Of a stretch of 64,000 bases of DNA, positions 1 to 14,491 are shown piece after piece. The DNA is from Tubulanus polymorphus (Eukaryota > Animalia > Nemertea). A program made the translations under genes and the position numbers. The notes under the pieces were generated by a model. The model had not been told where the DNA came from and did no database searches. It saw nothing but the letters and a program-made list of their open reading frames with translations. Position 1 is the stretch's first letter. Each line of letters begins with the position of its first letter. The DNA is taken from positions 23,168,299 through 23,232,298 of the forward strand of contig NC_134025.1 in the NCBI RefSeq assembly GCF_964204645.1, in the 5' to 3' direction.

Positions 1-519
1 TTAAGTACTCGAAACTTTGAAAAACCTTTGCCTTGATTATATACCACCAGACTTGTTGATAAAACTAGGCTTGAATCACAATACAATCTAAGCTGAAGAC
101 CGTAAACTTAATCGCTATTTGACTGTTAGACTGGTATTAATCTCAAGTATTTTTGAGTTCATGAGCAAAACCCACAGTTGATTTAACCATTTATTTTCTG
201 ACAGTTTTGAAGTTTTCACTAAATTCTTCCATCATTGAAACCAAAAAAATTATTATGATTTATTCAATTTTTATATGTATTAACTAAAACTTTTCATTAA
301 ACCGAGCAATTTATCATATCGTCATATCATTATTTACCATCAAAGAAGGCCACATACCTAATACACACAGGCTCTTAGTTTCGATATTTTATGTCCTTCG
401 TGAAGTAGGTACTTCACATCATACCAAGGTACCGCTATTGAATGTGTTTTTGATTAGTGTGCTACGATAAAATGTATAACCCTAATGTATCATGAAATTC
501 TCTTGATTTCGTGTTTCAG

Positions 520-3500
520 ATTTACTGGTATCACTGGTAACCGTTGAAGCTCAGTCGTATGGTCAGAATGCTTTAGTTGGTATAAAGGTCGTTGAACACG
601 CTCCGTCACCTGCCGAGGCTGCTGCTGTAGCTAATGTGTCATACAACAGACCACTGCCGAACACGATGCGACCGAGACCCATGCGTGGTCCTGTGCAGTC
701 TGTTCAATTCATGCCACAAAGTACGTTATAATGTATCTAGATATTGGGTTCATGAGCTATTTAGAAAATATTTCCAGTGGCAAATGGTTTTAATATGGGA
801 TTATATTGCACTAGTTAATATCCAACAAAATTCTTTAATTGGTGGACCTTGACTTTATAAACTTATGGGGCTCCTACAGGCCCCTCAAATCCCTCAAATT
901 CCAAAATTCAATTTTTAGGGTATGAAACCCTCAAATTCTGATTGTTAGCCCTTGGCCCCTCAAATTCTGAAAATGCGCCTTCAGAAATCATTTTCATCGC
1001 GTATTTCAACAACAAGGAGAACAATTTTCAGGAGAACAATTCCTTAAAGTTTCTTTCTATTCATGAATACATTGTGTCTATGTTACATTTACAGCAGTCG
1101 CTCTGATTACTGTATGCATGATTGATTGGCATTTTATACGTCATTGTCCATAACTAAGGACATATTTATATTCAATCTTTATTTTCAGGGCAAGTTGTTA
1201 GTACCAGACCAACATTACCTTCATTACAACAGAACCAAGATACCGAAAGCGAACAATTCGCTTGTAATTGGTAAGTTTCGAAATACAACATCAGATTTCT
1301 CCTACACTAAACCGTTTAAACCGTTCGTAATAACGTCGTTATTCATGTATTTGTGAAGGTTGCGAGCTCATTTAGAATCATCGCCTATATACAGTATACC
1401 ACGAGTAGATTTGTATAATTCCTATCTGGCCGCATGTAACTATCACAATGTATCGGGTGTCATCTCAACTACTGATTTCACGCGCTGCGTTCGGTAAGTG
1501 TTACGACGAACTTCTAGTAACGTGAAAAAACGGCTTTTAATGTCGTACATGAAATTGCATAGAAATAAATGTATAATCCAAGTTTTAAATATGATTTACA
1601 GGCTGGTGTTTTCCAATTCCGAATGCATCAAAGTGGACAAACCCAATGGTATGGCTGAAATGCATTTCAAAGGAATAAGACGGAGACCTGTACCTTTATC
1701 ATTTCCTCCCCCTTCAGGTAGTTACATTTGATTTGCTCAGAGTATTTTTGACATGCCGTAAAAATCCTTACGATAATGTTTATATATACATTGATACCTA
1801 GTTTGCGTTATTTGAGGGTTTCTGTATGAGTTGATGTGCACTACATCGTCAATATTGGCATTTCAAGATAATTTCGACTATCATTGTAAATCTTGGAGTT
1901 TATTTTGTAATGAAATATATTTCATAACTTAATTTGATAATTTCGAGAATTATTTTTGAAATGTGCATTATGTCATCGATATATCGGGCTAGACTGTTTG
2001 CCGGTCAATTCAATTATTGATATTCGAATCCAGAATAACTTAATTGATCCTTCATATCATATGATTTGTATTACATTATTTATTGTCGACAATATCAAGC
2101 AATATATGCGTTTTTTTTTTTTTTCAAGCGCCAGTTAACTTTTAAGTTAGTTTTCTTGTGTCGTTAGCCATTTACTGAAAAATTCATCGTTCGTTTGACG
2201 TTTGTTTCAGGGATCGGATCGATGGTGCGGTCGACGAATCAAGCTCTGCCATGCCGTCCAACTGTAGCCGCTTCACCTCAAATGATGACTCCTCCGATGT
2301 CTCCATCGGCTCCGAGATATCCATCTCCGCTACCGGCGTCGCCGCAGCGACCATCCAGTACAGCTAGTAACGACAGTCGTTCATCCATAATTCATTTACA
2401 ACTGCAAACACCACCAAAACTTCCATCACCGTTAGAAACTAGTCCGCTCCGCCCGAGTCCGACTGGAAGTCCCATCAATCAAACTGGTCAACAACTACAA
2501 CAGCAGCGCGATTCGAATCTAGTGCGCACCCTGCTCGCGAGTAAAGTGACGCAGAACTTACAGTTAGCTCGTTTGCAACAGAGCGCCTCGCCACCTAGTA
2601 GTACATCTTCCACGACAATGCATCCTGCTGCGTTTCAGAACACGCCCCATACTGCTGGACCGATGCAGTATCCTGCTGGCCAGGCATCGACGCAGCATAA
2701 CAAAATGCCTCCTCAGGGAACTGCGCCGCGGCCATCCATGTCACCGAATGCGCTATCTTCATCGGCGTTCGGAGTTACGAATCCATATCCCCCATACGCA
2801 TCTAGTCAAGGCCAGTCGCCGCCGGAAAAGTCGTCCAATAATAACAATAACGTTAACCGCAAACGAAGGAACAGTTCACCGACTGGATCTACTGGTTCGA
2901 ACACGAGTAAATCATCCCGATCAAAAATCGTTCGTACGAAATCTCCATCTCCGATACGATCTCCGTCGCAGTGTCCGTTATCTCCGCGCGCGTGCCAGTT
3001 AGAGGTGTGCGGCGACGTAGAACGCGCTCAAGACATCGTCAAAAACGACAATTGCGTTCACGAGGCGATCATCGAACGCGTCGAAAATCAGTGCTCGCCG
3101 CGATTCTCCGGACCGAATCCTGTCCGCGTGGATAGCGCCGCGTCGCGTAAAGACAACGACGCGAATGAGAGCGACGAAACGAGCGACTCGCAATCCGAAC
3201 GAGTTGACGAAAAAAACGTTCACACGGCAGCTAACCAGTGCACGAATCAAAGCGAAAACTTCGATGAAGCCGAAAAGACTGTTTCTGTGATTCATCAGAG
3301 CAACGAACCCGTCGAACAGGGTAAGGCGGATATTATTACGAAAGAAATCCTAACAAACAAAGAATCTCGTCAACCCGAATATCCCGTGAACGGCGACGCA
3401 AAGAAACCGGTTCTTGAATCGCAGTCGTGCGCCATTCGGAAGACCGCGCTCGGCGTTTCGTCGGCGAAAAAACTGGAAAGTGATCTCTTATCGAAGCTCG

Positions 3501-6038
3501 ACGAAAAAGATCGGGCATTGGAGAACGTTCTCGAAAAAGTCAGTCCGAAGTCGGAGAAAAGAGTAATCGTCAATGGCTTAAATCATATGGAAAACGGCGA
3601 TTGTCGTCATCACATCACTGCTGAAGAGAAAATCCTGCCATGTTCAAAAATCGATCATCAAAAATTGCTTATAAAGCAGAACTATCTGAATGAGATTCCG
3701 GAGGATAACTGCAATTCCAAAGTTATCGTACGAACTAATGGCCCAATTGTGGCTAACGGTTATCTAAGCGGTAGTGATAGCGATGAGGTGGACGGCGGCT
3801 TACCGGACTCGAACGGCGTCGATGACGACCGAAAACCGGCCGATTTAGATAAAAACCATTCAAATTTACCGCAAGACGCGTCTTGTGTAAATAGCAACGC
3901 CGATAACGATTTCATTTCCGAAACGAAACGCGTTTCGAGCGATAAAGGTGTAAACGATACAACGGACAACAACGGTGCAATACAGGGTGTTCCCGACGCG
4001 GCGGCGGCGAACGTTAACAAGGAAACGTGTTCTTTACGATCGGACGAATGCGCGAATATAAACGGCGAAAGCTTGCTCGACAGCTGCTCCGAGGACTACA
4101 TGGAAATAGATGAAATAGTGGAAGAGGCCGCTGAAGGTGCACAATGCTACGACAATCCCGGTGCCGCGTCGGCGGCGGATGCTTCAACGACGAAACAATC
4201 AACCATCACCACAACCACGAGTCCATCCAACGAGGAGAATTCCACCGGCACGTCCGCGTTATCGTCGTCGGCGGATGTAGATCCGACTCGAGTGATACAG
4301 TCGAGCGACGTCGCGTCGTCGTGCGCGAGTTCCGAATGTGCGTCTGATTCGGTGAGCGATTCAAATCCGCCGTCGTCGTCGGTAAGCGATAACATTCAGT
4401 TGACCAACTCCGTGAACATTCCGCTGACGAGCGTCATTAATAATTTGGACCAAATAGAACCGGATGGCGTCGCCGGTAAAAAGCCCGACAAGGTGGCTCC
4501 CGGTAAGGGCAAAAAGTCGACGAAAATTGTGCGTAGTCGCGAGAACAGTATTGAGTCGCGTAGATCTTCAACTCAAAGTGTTTCCAGTAGCGCGGGACCT
4601 GAGTATGTCTGCGAATGGAATGGCTGTAAAAAGTAAGTCCCGACGAAAACGTTGCTTCGCTGTTTTAGAAATATTCTAGAAATTTAGCATTCTGTATTTC
4701 AATTTTGCTTTGACTTTGGGAACAATTTGTTTTGACATGACCCTTTGAATTTAAAATTTTCTTGGGGCAAAATATGAACTCGAAATAAATTCTTTTGAGG
4801 ATATCTTGAAAGATGCACAATGCATGATAGCTGTACATAAACTGTGGGAACTAACTGGTTGTAATAAGTGCACTTGTAATTGAATACGTCTTTCATTTTA
4901 GATGTTTTGAGTCTGCTAAACAAGTATTCCTTCATGCGTTCAAAACTCATTTGCACATATATCCTGGTGGTTTATGTCTGTGGGAAAGTTGTGATAAATT
5001 AAGACGGCAAAAGTATTCTCTCATAACCCACGTGCAGGTAAGAAGAGATCTCTTTTCGACAATCTTGAGCCCTGTATTTGGCAATTAGTTTAAGATGATT
5101 CAGGCTGCACATTTGTATTAATTTCAGGATCGGCACTGTACCGAACAAGCATTGAAAGCTGCAGCTCTAAGACGACAACAGATTCACCAGTCAGGAGCTG
5201 CACCAGTAGCACAGACTAGTCCGGCCCCACCGATGCCGCCTCCTGTTTATCCCCCGGACGCCGCTCTACAAGCGATCAAGCGTTTCACGGCAAAACCTCC
5301 GTTTCAAGAATTTGTCGTAAGTTGACGCCAATTTTCCGTCGATGAACTGTTTATCATCAGATCTGTAAGAATTTCTTTTTTTCCCGACAGGACACGAAAG
5401 AAGGCCCGGTGACTAAACACATTCGACTCACTTCTTCGTTGATATTACGAAATTTAGCCAGGTTTTCCGCTCACGGCAGAAGGTAGGTAATCGCGATTCA
5501 GAAACAAAACGAACAATTTGTGAATCTCTAAAGACATAAACATTCAAAGACATGTAAAAAGTACAAATAAACCTGTTTGCCGATTTGGTTTCCCATTGGC
5601 TCCTATGTCACACACTACAATTCTAGAACCATTTGATATCGAAGATCAAGTATTAAAAGCGAGATTTGATGAACTGCATCAGAAACCACTGGCATAGTGG
5701 ATGTTTCGCACAGATATTTTTGCAGCATTGGCACCGAATTTCCGATTGTACTTTTTTAACATGTTAATTTTATGAAAGTGTTACAAATTGAAAATCGCTG
5801 TACATAATATCTACTAGGGCAGGAGTCTCACTATGCCATTCGATATGAACTTTTGTCGGGACCATGGAAATCATCTCGAGCATTTAGTCTAATTTTCCAC
5901 GGATGGCATCATATCATATATTTTCGTTGCAGTTTGATAAAAAGACATGAACATCATTTGACATTGGTTGCTTTAAGCGGTGTAGAATCATCGACCGCTA
6001 TTAGTAACTGTTTATGGGAATTACATCAGCATCATTGA
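520..6038 (+). CDS. ARID2: AT-rich interactive domain protein 2 (BAF200, PBAF subunit), 3' part; 5' exons lie upstream of the window
   Basis: Exons 520-720, 1189-1270, 1359-1493, 1602-1717, 2211-4632, 4902-5037, 5128-5316, 5391-5482, 5933-6038 (TGA) join in frame via GT-AG. Peptides resemble ARID2: [19 protein letters not shown]; RFX-type winged helix EQFACNWLRAHLE...DFTRCVRLVF; two C2H2 fingers ([12 protein letters not shown]...H...[26 protein letters not shown]); C-terminus [20 protein letters not shown]...KRHEHHL...CLWEL. Confidence 0.93.
882..970. repeat. Cluster of four CCCTCAAAT motifs in an ARID2 intron; likely decayed DNA-transposon subterminal repeats
   Basis: CCCTCAAAT at about 882, 891, 928 and 957; no partner TIR found. 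Confidence 0.35.
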
Positions 6039-8001
6039 TCGCGCGCAAGCGTGCTTGCATTCGTCATCATCATCGACGTCATCATAATCCAGTGTTGTTT
6101 TATGTACATGTGTGTGTATATATATTTATAATAAGTATGGAAAGTGTCCTGGAATGTCGTTGTGATGGTGGATTTGATGAATTCCGTAGTTTTGGAAATC
6201 GCAACGGAGTATTTAGCGAACATACATGACAATGTTGGAGCTGTATTGGACGACAGTCTTGTAATCGTTTGTTTACGAAAATGTGGATTATATTGTACAG
6301 CCGATTGATTCAAGATGGCCACAAACGTTTACTTAACTGGCATGCTGGATATGCTAGTTTCGTTCGTCGTCGTACTAAAAAATGATTTTGGTAACTTAAG
6401 TGAGAAAAATGGTGCGTTGGCAGATATTCGATGAATTTCTATATACTTCTGAAAAAATATTTGATTACTTATAACTTAAAATGGTCTGTTTAGTTATTCA
6501 TGTATGAAATTACGAATAATTGTTTCTCGGTGAAGTACCTTTTACAGTTTTTGAAAAGCTCCTACTGATGACTTGTGTGTACTGAAAAGACTGATGAATT
6601 GACTGCAATCTGGATTCCAATTGCAAGAAATTGACTCATAGCCATGGGGATTTTTGTACTTGATTTATTTATGTTGTTATAACTTATTTTAATTGGGCAT
6701 TCTCAGATTGGTCATTTACAAATTTTCGCTGACATCAAAGGGTAAAGCTTGTCTGTAGTCTTGTAGAATCAAACTCCTCTGATGCAGTTTTTACGGCACT
6801 CTTTTTCAAGTTTGTAGACCATTCGGCATTTTATTGTATCAATGAAGTAAATTTGAATATCCTGAAACATAGATTCAACCTCAAATAATAACTGGATCTC
6901 AGTGCTTTGATCTTGTACCAAAACGTTTTTGGTCCTCGAATTTTATGATATGATATATTAATTATATTCGTCGGGCTAGACCTGTACTACCGGTAGTACC
7001 TGTATCATCTGTGCAAATCGATGTAACATTTTGCTGTTGCCTTTTGAGAATTATATTATATAGCATTTATTATTTTGTCTCTTTAATTAATGTTTTCTAT
7101 GATTCAAAATATGATTAGATTTCTGTTCATTGTCATCTTGATTATGATTATTATTATCATTATTATTAGTACTATGATTATCATTATTATTTATCATTTT
7201 GTATTTATATCTAGTAGTACATCTACAAGAGCTTTTATAAGGGGGATTTATGTACTGAACCGAGAAGAATTGTACAAAATTTGCTCTAAATTGAAATTGA
7301 TTGTAAAAATGTACAAAGCGTTTTTCTAATGGCTTGTACAGAATTGCATTACCAGTGTGCGGGATAGGGCATGCGCATTGAATCAAAATGGGAACTGGGA
7401 GGGATTTTGTCGCTGTACATGCGTGAACCGTTCGTTCGAAAGCCATGTAGACTCCGATTTACGGGAAAGTAAACATTGCGTTCGAATTTCAATTCGTGAA
7501 TTCACACGATATGAATCTGTTCTAGTTGACACGGTAACGAAGGGTCTACCGATGTATTATGTGAAAGTTGTGAATATTTGTAAAACTAAATTGTCACATT
7601 CGTAGTTGCCGAGACATTTTCATCTTTCATATTTCGTGATTGTGAACATCATTTAGTAAATGTGGGTAAATAGGGGTTACTACTACATGCAGTATATTTA
7701 TAGTTGGAAATAATATATAGATTTGATCATTTGTATATGTTTGCCGCACCTTATGTTTGTGTTTTCATAGCTATTGAGCATGTTTTCTGTTTTTTAAGTC
7801 ATTAAACTGTAAATATTATATACATATATCTGTATAAATATGAATATAATTATAAGAATTGTTTGTAAATATCCTATCATTTCATGGATATTTTCATTGT
7901 CACAAATATATCTCCGCTAAGCATACCGACTCATTCCATACAGGTCAGAGCGATGGCACGGTGCAGGAATGAGAATGCCACATGATGATATTACTTAATT
8001 G

Positions 8002-8007
8002 AATAAA
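8002..8007 (+). terminator. Candidate ARID2 polyadenylation signal (implies about 2 kb 3' UTR)
   Basis: AATAAA at the end of a long non-coding AT-rich stretch downstream of the ARID2 stop. Confidence 0.4.
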
Positions 8008-8842
8008 AGTTGTCGAAAAAAAGAATGATACGTACATCATCATCATCATCATCATCTTTCATCATCATCTTTCATCTGGATGACAGTGATTGAAAGATCA
8101 ATGGAGACAATATAACAAAAAAGAGATGATAGCATTTATAGTTTTCTACGCGAAAACAATTCATCAATGTTCATGAATGACTATTGTGAATTTTAGAGTT
8201 ATATTTAAAAATAAACTATTAAGTATGCAAAAATTGTTTTGGTTGAATCAATGCTAGTATCCATAGATCTGTCGCTCGGAACTACCATTTCAGGACATAC
8301 AAACAGGGATGAAACTTCAATGGAAGATATAATAGCCCTCTGACTTTTGGGTCCAAGAAAAGTATGTGGTACTACTGAGAGAGGCAAATCCAAGGTTGGA
8401 ATACAAATTTCTTTACGAAAGAGAAGGAAAAGTCGTGACGATGAATATTCATTTGACATTAGCAATTATCTGACTACGCAAGGTTTTCTGTATTAGCTGC
8501 TTCGATCAGAGAAAACAGGTAATACACAAATTCTAGGGTCTATACAGAGCTAACCCTAGATTTTACTATCCTCTGGCTTAACAGATGACTTCTTAGTGGC
8601 AATTGGATTAGTACCTGGACACAATCGTTCACAAGAAAAACCAACTGATGTGTTCACCCAACAATCCTTCAAGGTTTATTCGACCCTCGGAGTAGACACT
8701 AACCCCATGTATAGCCTTTATTAACACTTTTTGAAAGGGTTGTTGGAATGCCTGGTGTTTGTATGCCATGTCAATTAAAGTTTCTGGTGAAATCCAACAC
8801 ACAAGAAGCCGGAAAGAATGAACATATTTAAAACTTATAGAA

Positions 8843-8848
8843 TTTATT
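8843..8848 (-). terminator. Candidate polyadenylation signal of the Rabin8-like gene (about 2.1 kb 3' UTR), convergent with ARID2
   Basis: TTTATT on + (AATAAA on -) downstream of the stop at 10962. Confidence 0.35.
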
Positions 8849-10961
8849 AGTTTTACTCATCCATATATATATTATAACACATGTCATTCAAATCTACTGG
8901 TACATCTTAGAGCAGCATAATTCCATGTGTGTTTACAAATAAATGATTCTAAAATAAAATCGTGCTTTTTACGCAATAACAACTTATTCCATTACTCAGT
9001 GTAATTCAAATGAATTAAGAGACAAGTATCGAGGAGCAGTTTAAAAAATACACTATCACAACTTTCATTGCTAACAGCAGCCCATAGTCTAATGTAATTC
9101 TCAAATGTTGAGTAAAGATTTATTTGAAATACTGGTGATAGTTGACTAAATGGACTAACTGTTGGGTAATGGGTCTGGCTAGTTTCTTCACTGGAAAGTA
9201 CACAATAATAGACTTGAGCTATATAAGTATATATACATGTATTATGTCTACTTACATGAAGCATGTTAACATGAAAAGGTTTCATGTGGTGTGAGGTACA
9301 TAACTAATAATTGATATAATCACAGGTTGCTAATAACTTTTACAAAATGGAGATTAATGGAGGTGCTAAATTCTGCTGCGCATTCCATAGTTGGTAATAT
9401 GCGACTAAAACTGAGTTGGTTGATTTTCAGCGGAAGAGGGTCTTGCTTGATGTAAGCTAATGAAATCATGCTACACTCGGGCAAGATAATATTTGTTATT
9501 GCTATTTGCTCGATAAACAACTTAAAATCTAACAATCCTCCAAATAAAAAATTGTGAATCTAAATACTTCATATTCCAGGTGAAGGGCAAGAACAAGATA
9601 AGGATAATAAAAGATCAGATCAAGATGTAAAAATCCTTCTACGCATGACAACAGTATTATTCTAGATACAATGTTATAGTGTTAGTAATCTCTACATACA
9701 TTGATATACACAAATAACAATTGTTCTTTCAGTAAACATCTAAAATCGCATTGCTATAAGTAACATCGATGCTTTTCTTCATTCGGCTTTCTGATAAAAA
9801 CCTGCCTAGAACTCACCTAGGGATTGTAAGCAACTTTATGACGAGAATGAGCATTCAATACCCTGGTTAATCTCATATAATGACTCTTCAGGCCTAGTAG
9901 TGGAACATGTACATATAGTTACACTAGTTTAACATCTGCATATGATCTGATCTACAATATACATGTACAGTACATGTATTACAATGTGCATAGAAAAATA
10001 CAACTATTACGAAATGTTAGAATCGATGATCGAATCTTCATACAGAATCAATGCAAATGGCCATTTTGAGGTATTCGTAACTCTGCAGATAATAATTTCT
10101 AATCTAAACACAAATAATGAATAAATAAACGTATTGATTGTCTTCAAAAGAATTAAGTAAGTGAGATAGCTACATTGAAAAGAAGCCATGTTTACAATTT
10201 ACACTTTTATGGATTTGATCATGTACGGATAAAAATATGATTACAACATATCAGCAAGTAAAACATAATATTCAGTAACACAACATTGCTACCGCAATAT
10301 TGTTGGAAACTATGCATAATTTGAAGGGCAAGAGAAATCAGTTGTTCAGCAGTGCCCATTTGAGAATCTCGGATAAAAGGAGCCCCACTTCACAAAATCC
10401 CAATAGGAGACAGCTGACAATAAAATGTGTAACCCGTTTTATGAAAGCACCAAAAAACATAAAACAATCTCTGTTATTGTTAATCGCGAGCTAAAATCAG
10501 ACATCACTTCATAACATTATTTATTTCTACCTAACGTTATACCTGACACTTACCCCGGTAGTTATGATTCCTAGACAAATTTGATCATTATTTAACAGAA
10601 CCTCATTGTGACTTACATCATTAGTGTTCCATAATTGCATAACAACAAGTATTTTCATTTTCGTGGAAATCTACGAATTAAGAGCCGAATCAAGTTACAG
10701 TGAGTTCCGAATTCAAACCCAAAACTAGTTCGGTTCCGACCCATAAGCCCCAAAGTAAAATTCAAACTTTGGAGAGAAACGTCGCTGAAAAAATTTTTGT
10801 GTCGAATCTAAGCCTTCATTCACTGTGAAGGCCAGGTCCTGTATAGTGATTAAGTATCATGCCTTTTCACTCACAGCCACTTGTGTTACTTTTGACGTTT
10901 TTTTAAAAATAATGTACAATGTTTTGATTTTTTTGTAATACCGAAAAAGTATTTTGAATCA

Positions 10962-13900
10962 TCAAAGCACACTGAGACGCGCTAATGCAATTTCTTTCCG
11001 GAGACGAATAATTTCCCAATAGATTTCATTATCTGAAAAATAGAAAACGAGAAAGGAGTGATTTTTAGAGTGGTAGATCATGATAATAATAAATACAACA
11101 AACAGCAAAGCAGCATTAAAAGGTTTTCTGCCTTGCTGGTTTTCTGTGCCTATTACAAAGTACCGGCAATCTAAATACACCAGTGACTTAAGGTTAAGAG
11201 ATATTTAAGTCAACATTTATGTCCTGTAAATCAGCAGACACAGGTACACACAATACAAATGGTTGTTAAAATTGTGAAATTTAGAGGCTTAAAAAGTGAC
11301 TTAACGCTGAGGGTCTGATCCAAATCAATCAGCTGTCTTCAGAGTTGGAACCTCCAAAATCAAAAGGGCTCTTCACTGCATGATCTGACGTATGTCATAA
11401 AATAATTTCTTTCAAATGGTTCCATTGGTTCAGCCTTTATCTTGCTCACACAGTCGGAAGGTAAAGTACCCCCTTTCACTCCACGGGCAATGGAGGACAA
11501 TTGAATCCACATTCCTACTTACCTTCACTTTTGACTAATCCTTGTTGTATATAACGGATGTATGTGTAAAAATTACAAACTGCAGCAATCTGAAAAAATT
11601 GACGTAGTTACATTGTATACGATACATGAATGAAACACGGTCGAAATTTCTAAGACGGTATCAATTCGGTTAGATGATAGCACAGGTTTGAAATCTTCAC
11701 CGGCAATACTGACCCTATTCCTTGCTAATTGACAAATGAAATGCCAAGGACCGGTATCGCAAAGTCGAATTCTATGTTGACACGAACGATTCGTTTCCAT
11801 TAAAGAACACTTCCTGGAAAATTGCAAAGATACGCTGCTCTTAGTCGACAGCAAATATACTCAAGTTGCACAAGGAAAAACAACACTTGCACATGTGCGA
11901 TGCAATCGGAGTATTACGACAGCTGCGGCACTTACCGGGGAAATGTATTTTTTCCAGGAATTAGTTCGATGCTTAGAGTATTGTTCTTCACTGTTTCTAA
12001 AACTCCGGATGACAGCTAAAACAAAAACAAAACGAATACTACTTCAGATTGGTACCACCAGCATGCAATCTATCAACCAGTACAGATATACAGCATAACC
12101 TCGATTTTCAAATGTAGTATTTGAATATCTAACTGCAGAAGTCTCAAATTTGGTGGGCTAATTACGAAATATCACAGCAACATTTTGAACTCACATCTTT
12201 ATTCACAAAACTAATACACGGCAAAACATCTTCTTGCAAGATTCGATGAAGGAACACGTGTTTGTGGTCTAAAGTTGGAGCACATTTCCAATTCAGAAAT
12301 TCTTGCAAATACAACGGATCTGTCTGTGAGTCGAAAATGAAGAATGAATTAAACACGAATAGAGAACCGACTGATAGAGAACTAACGATAAATACCCACC
12401 TCTCCTCGAACGTTAGGTTTATCAGCAACAGTTTTCGGATTATTGATATCGATATCGATGACGTCGACAGCCATCGATTTGATATCGTGATGGGAAGTAG
12501 AGCGGCGGTGACCTTTCATAAATGATGCTTTATCTTTCTTCACGCTGTCGATCTGCGGGTGCAGATGTCGATTGGGCATACTGGGCGTACTCGTTATCAC
12601 TAGAGCTTTCAAAGCGGTTACTTCCGCATCCAACACTTCAATCTACAATCAAAATACGACATTTCAATGGTAGGAGAACATAGCTGGCCAGCGCCTTACT
12701 GTATTAACCGTCTCATAGGTTTCAGAGATACTCATGCAAGCATTACGCTTGCAGTCACCCCTGAGGTTTCTTCCAACCTGTGGCATCTTGAACCTACCCG
12801 ACCAAATCAGGTCCACGGTTCAAATACAGCTAGAAGTAACAAATAAAGCAGATGACTTGCACAACATACTGACATACTGGTATGTTTCAGCTAGTTCTGC
12901 TAGTCCACAAGGATGTGACAAGTGAGGTCATCACTGTAGAAATGCAGCTAGAAGTTACGAATAAAGCACATGTCTTGTTGGGTAAACTGACATGTGTTAG
13001 TGCTAGCCAAGGATGTGACAAGTGAGCTTGTCACTGTAGAAATGCAGGTAGAAGTCACGAATAAAGCAGATGTCAAGTGAGGTTGTCACAAAAAAGCCCA
13101 GTCTTTGCATCTCAGCCATACCTCACAAAAGCAAAGCAACACATTTCACATTCCTATACCAATATGAATACCGGTACCAGAAACCGTTACCTTTGTCCAG
13201 AGCTTACATTTGACTGTGAATACATGGTATGTAGACTAGATCATACCAGTTTAAGTATCAAATATACCTTAGCATTAGCTTCAGCGAGCAGTTTCTCTTG
13301 GTGCATTCTTTTAACGTTAGCATCTTGAACCATTCTATTCGCTTCCTGCAATTGATTGATTTGATTTTCATAGAAGATGATTTACATATGATAATCATTC
13401 CTGTTATCTGTGTACAGAGTTTCTAATTCATCATTAGAAAAAGAAAAGACAGTCATTGTTGGCTAAACTCTCTTAGAAATGGACTCACCTCAAAAAGACT
13501 AGCAGTAAGATCTTCCAGTTCTTTTTCCATCTGCACTTGAACCTGACTTAATTTTTCACACTCTGCATCTTTTAACTGCAAAGCCTACAATAACAAAAGA
13601 TAACAAATATCTTGCATTCATACAAACGACTTTCATGCAATTCATTCAATGGAATAGGAATCCAGTAAACACGAAGCTACTTTTCATAACATCTAATACA
13701 GGAAAATGAGGACCTTATCATGTCTCCAGAAAAACTTAGATTCACCTTCAGGGTTTATTTCTGACACAGTTTCGAATTCCTCACTCACCATATTTTAAGA
13801 AAATTAAGATAAATTCTATTAGAATCTGAAAAGAAATCTAATATCACAGTCGTAATGCACACTATCTGTGCCTAATTAGTCGATCAATCCTCAATTGCCG

Positions 13901-14491
13901 CAGTCCTTATTCATTATTCGAATGAACTTACGTTTTGTGCTTTTATCAGTTCTTCCTTCAACCGTGTATAAGTTTGTTCACGTATTTCTAATAGAGATCC
14001 GCTTCTTCTCCGAACTTCAAATCTGCAATATCGATACATTTTTCGAAAGAGCTTAGAATTCGAGGATGTGATGATTCTCCGTAATCAAATTCGGCTCAAG
14101 GAATTCGACCTGTCTATACTTACCCATCTTCCGCACCGCCGTTGACTAATGTAACCGAATTCTGACTAATCGACGTCGGATTTTTATCACTTTGAGAACG
14201 CACGTGGATTCGCCTTCGCACGGTGTCCTCACTAGGATAACAAACATTTTTATCCACGTTATTGTCGTGAATTTGTTTCTGTAGCGCTTGTCGAAACTCA
14301 TCTAAATCGTAACTGCACTGATTAATGCCCGCTATTTCAGCCCCGCCGGTCACTCCTTCGACCGCATCTGCCGTGCTCGTTAGAGTTTTTGGCGCCGTCG
14401 AAGCAAGAACAGAGCTCGATTTTTCGGAATCGGGTGTAGCTAAATCAATCTCTTGAAAACTGTCCGAAGGTTTTAATTCAGCCATATCCAT
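10962..14491 (-). CDS. RAB3IP: Rab3A-interacting protein / Rabin8-GRAB family Sec2-domain Rab guanine nucleotide exchange factor, complete, 10 exons
   Basis: Exons 14491-14124, 14022-13932, 13584-13489, 13345-13268, 12642-12400, 12323-12195, 12015-11936, 11813-11714, 11589-11523, 11032-10962. Sec2 coiled coil [32 protein letters not shown]...[21 protein letters not shown]...[25 protein letters not shown]; C-terminal [18 protein letters not shown]...[19 protein letters not shown]3IP versus RAB3IL1 cannot be resolved (probably co-ortholog of both). Confidence 0.92.
12827..13082. repeat. Imperfect tandem repeat (about 2.5 units of roughly 110-120 bp) in a Rabin8-like intron
   Basis: Recurrent blocks CAAGGATGTGACAAGTGAG..TCACTGTAGAAATGCAG(C/G)TAGAAGT..CGAATAAAGCA.ATG. 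Confidence 0.75.

Noticed and set aside
2195-4636. 813-aa low-complexity ORF as a standalone novel gene
   Set aside because: It is the large internal ARID2 exon (2211-4632), bounded by AG/GT and in frame with the RFX and zinc-finger exons; overlapping ORFs are shadows.
7087-7446. Hydrophobic poly-Ile and Asn-rich ORFs
   Set aside because: They derive from ATT/ATC low-complexity sequence in the presumed ARID2 3' UTR.
8205-8465. 86-aa minus-strand ORF between the convergent genes
   Set aside because: No recognisable motif, partner exons or ATG-based gene context.
12827-13082. CRISPR-like repeat-spacer array
   Set aside because: Eukaryotic intron; the units are long imperfect tandem duplications with no unique spacers or cas genes.
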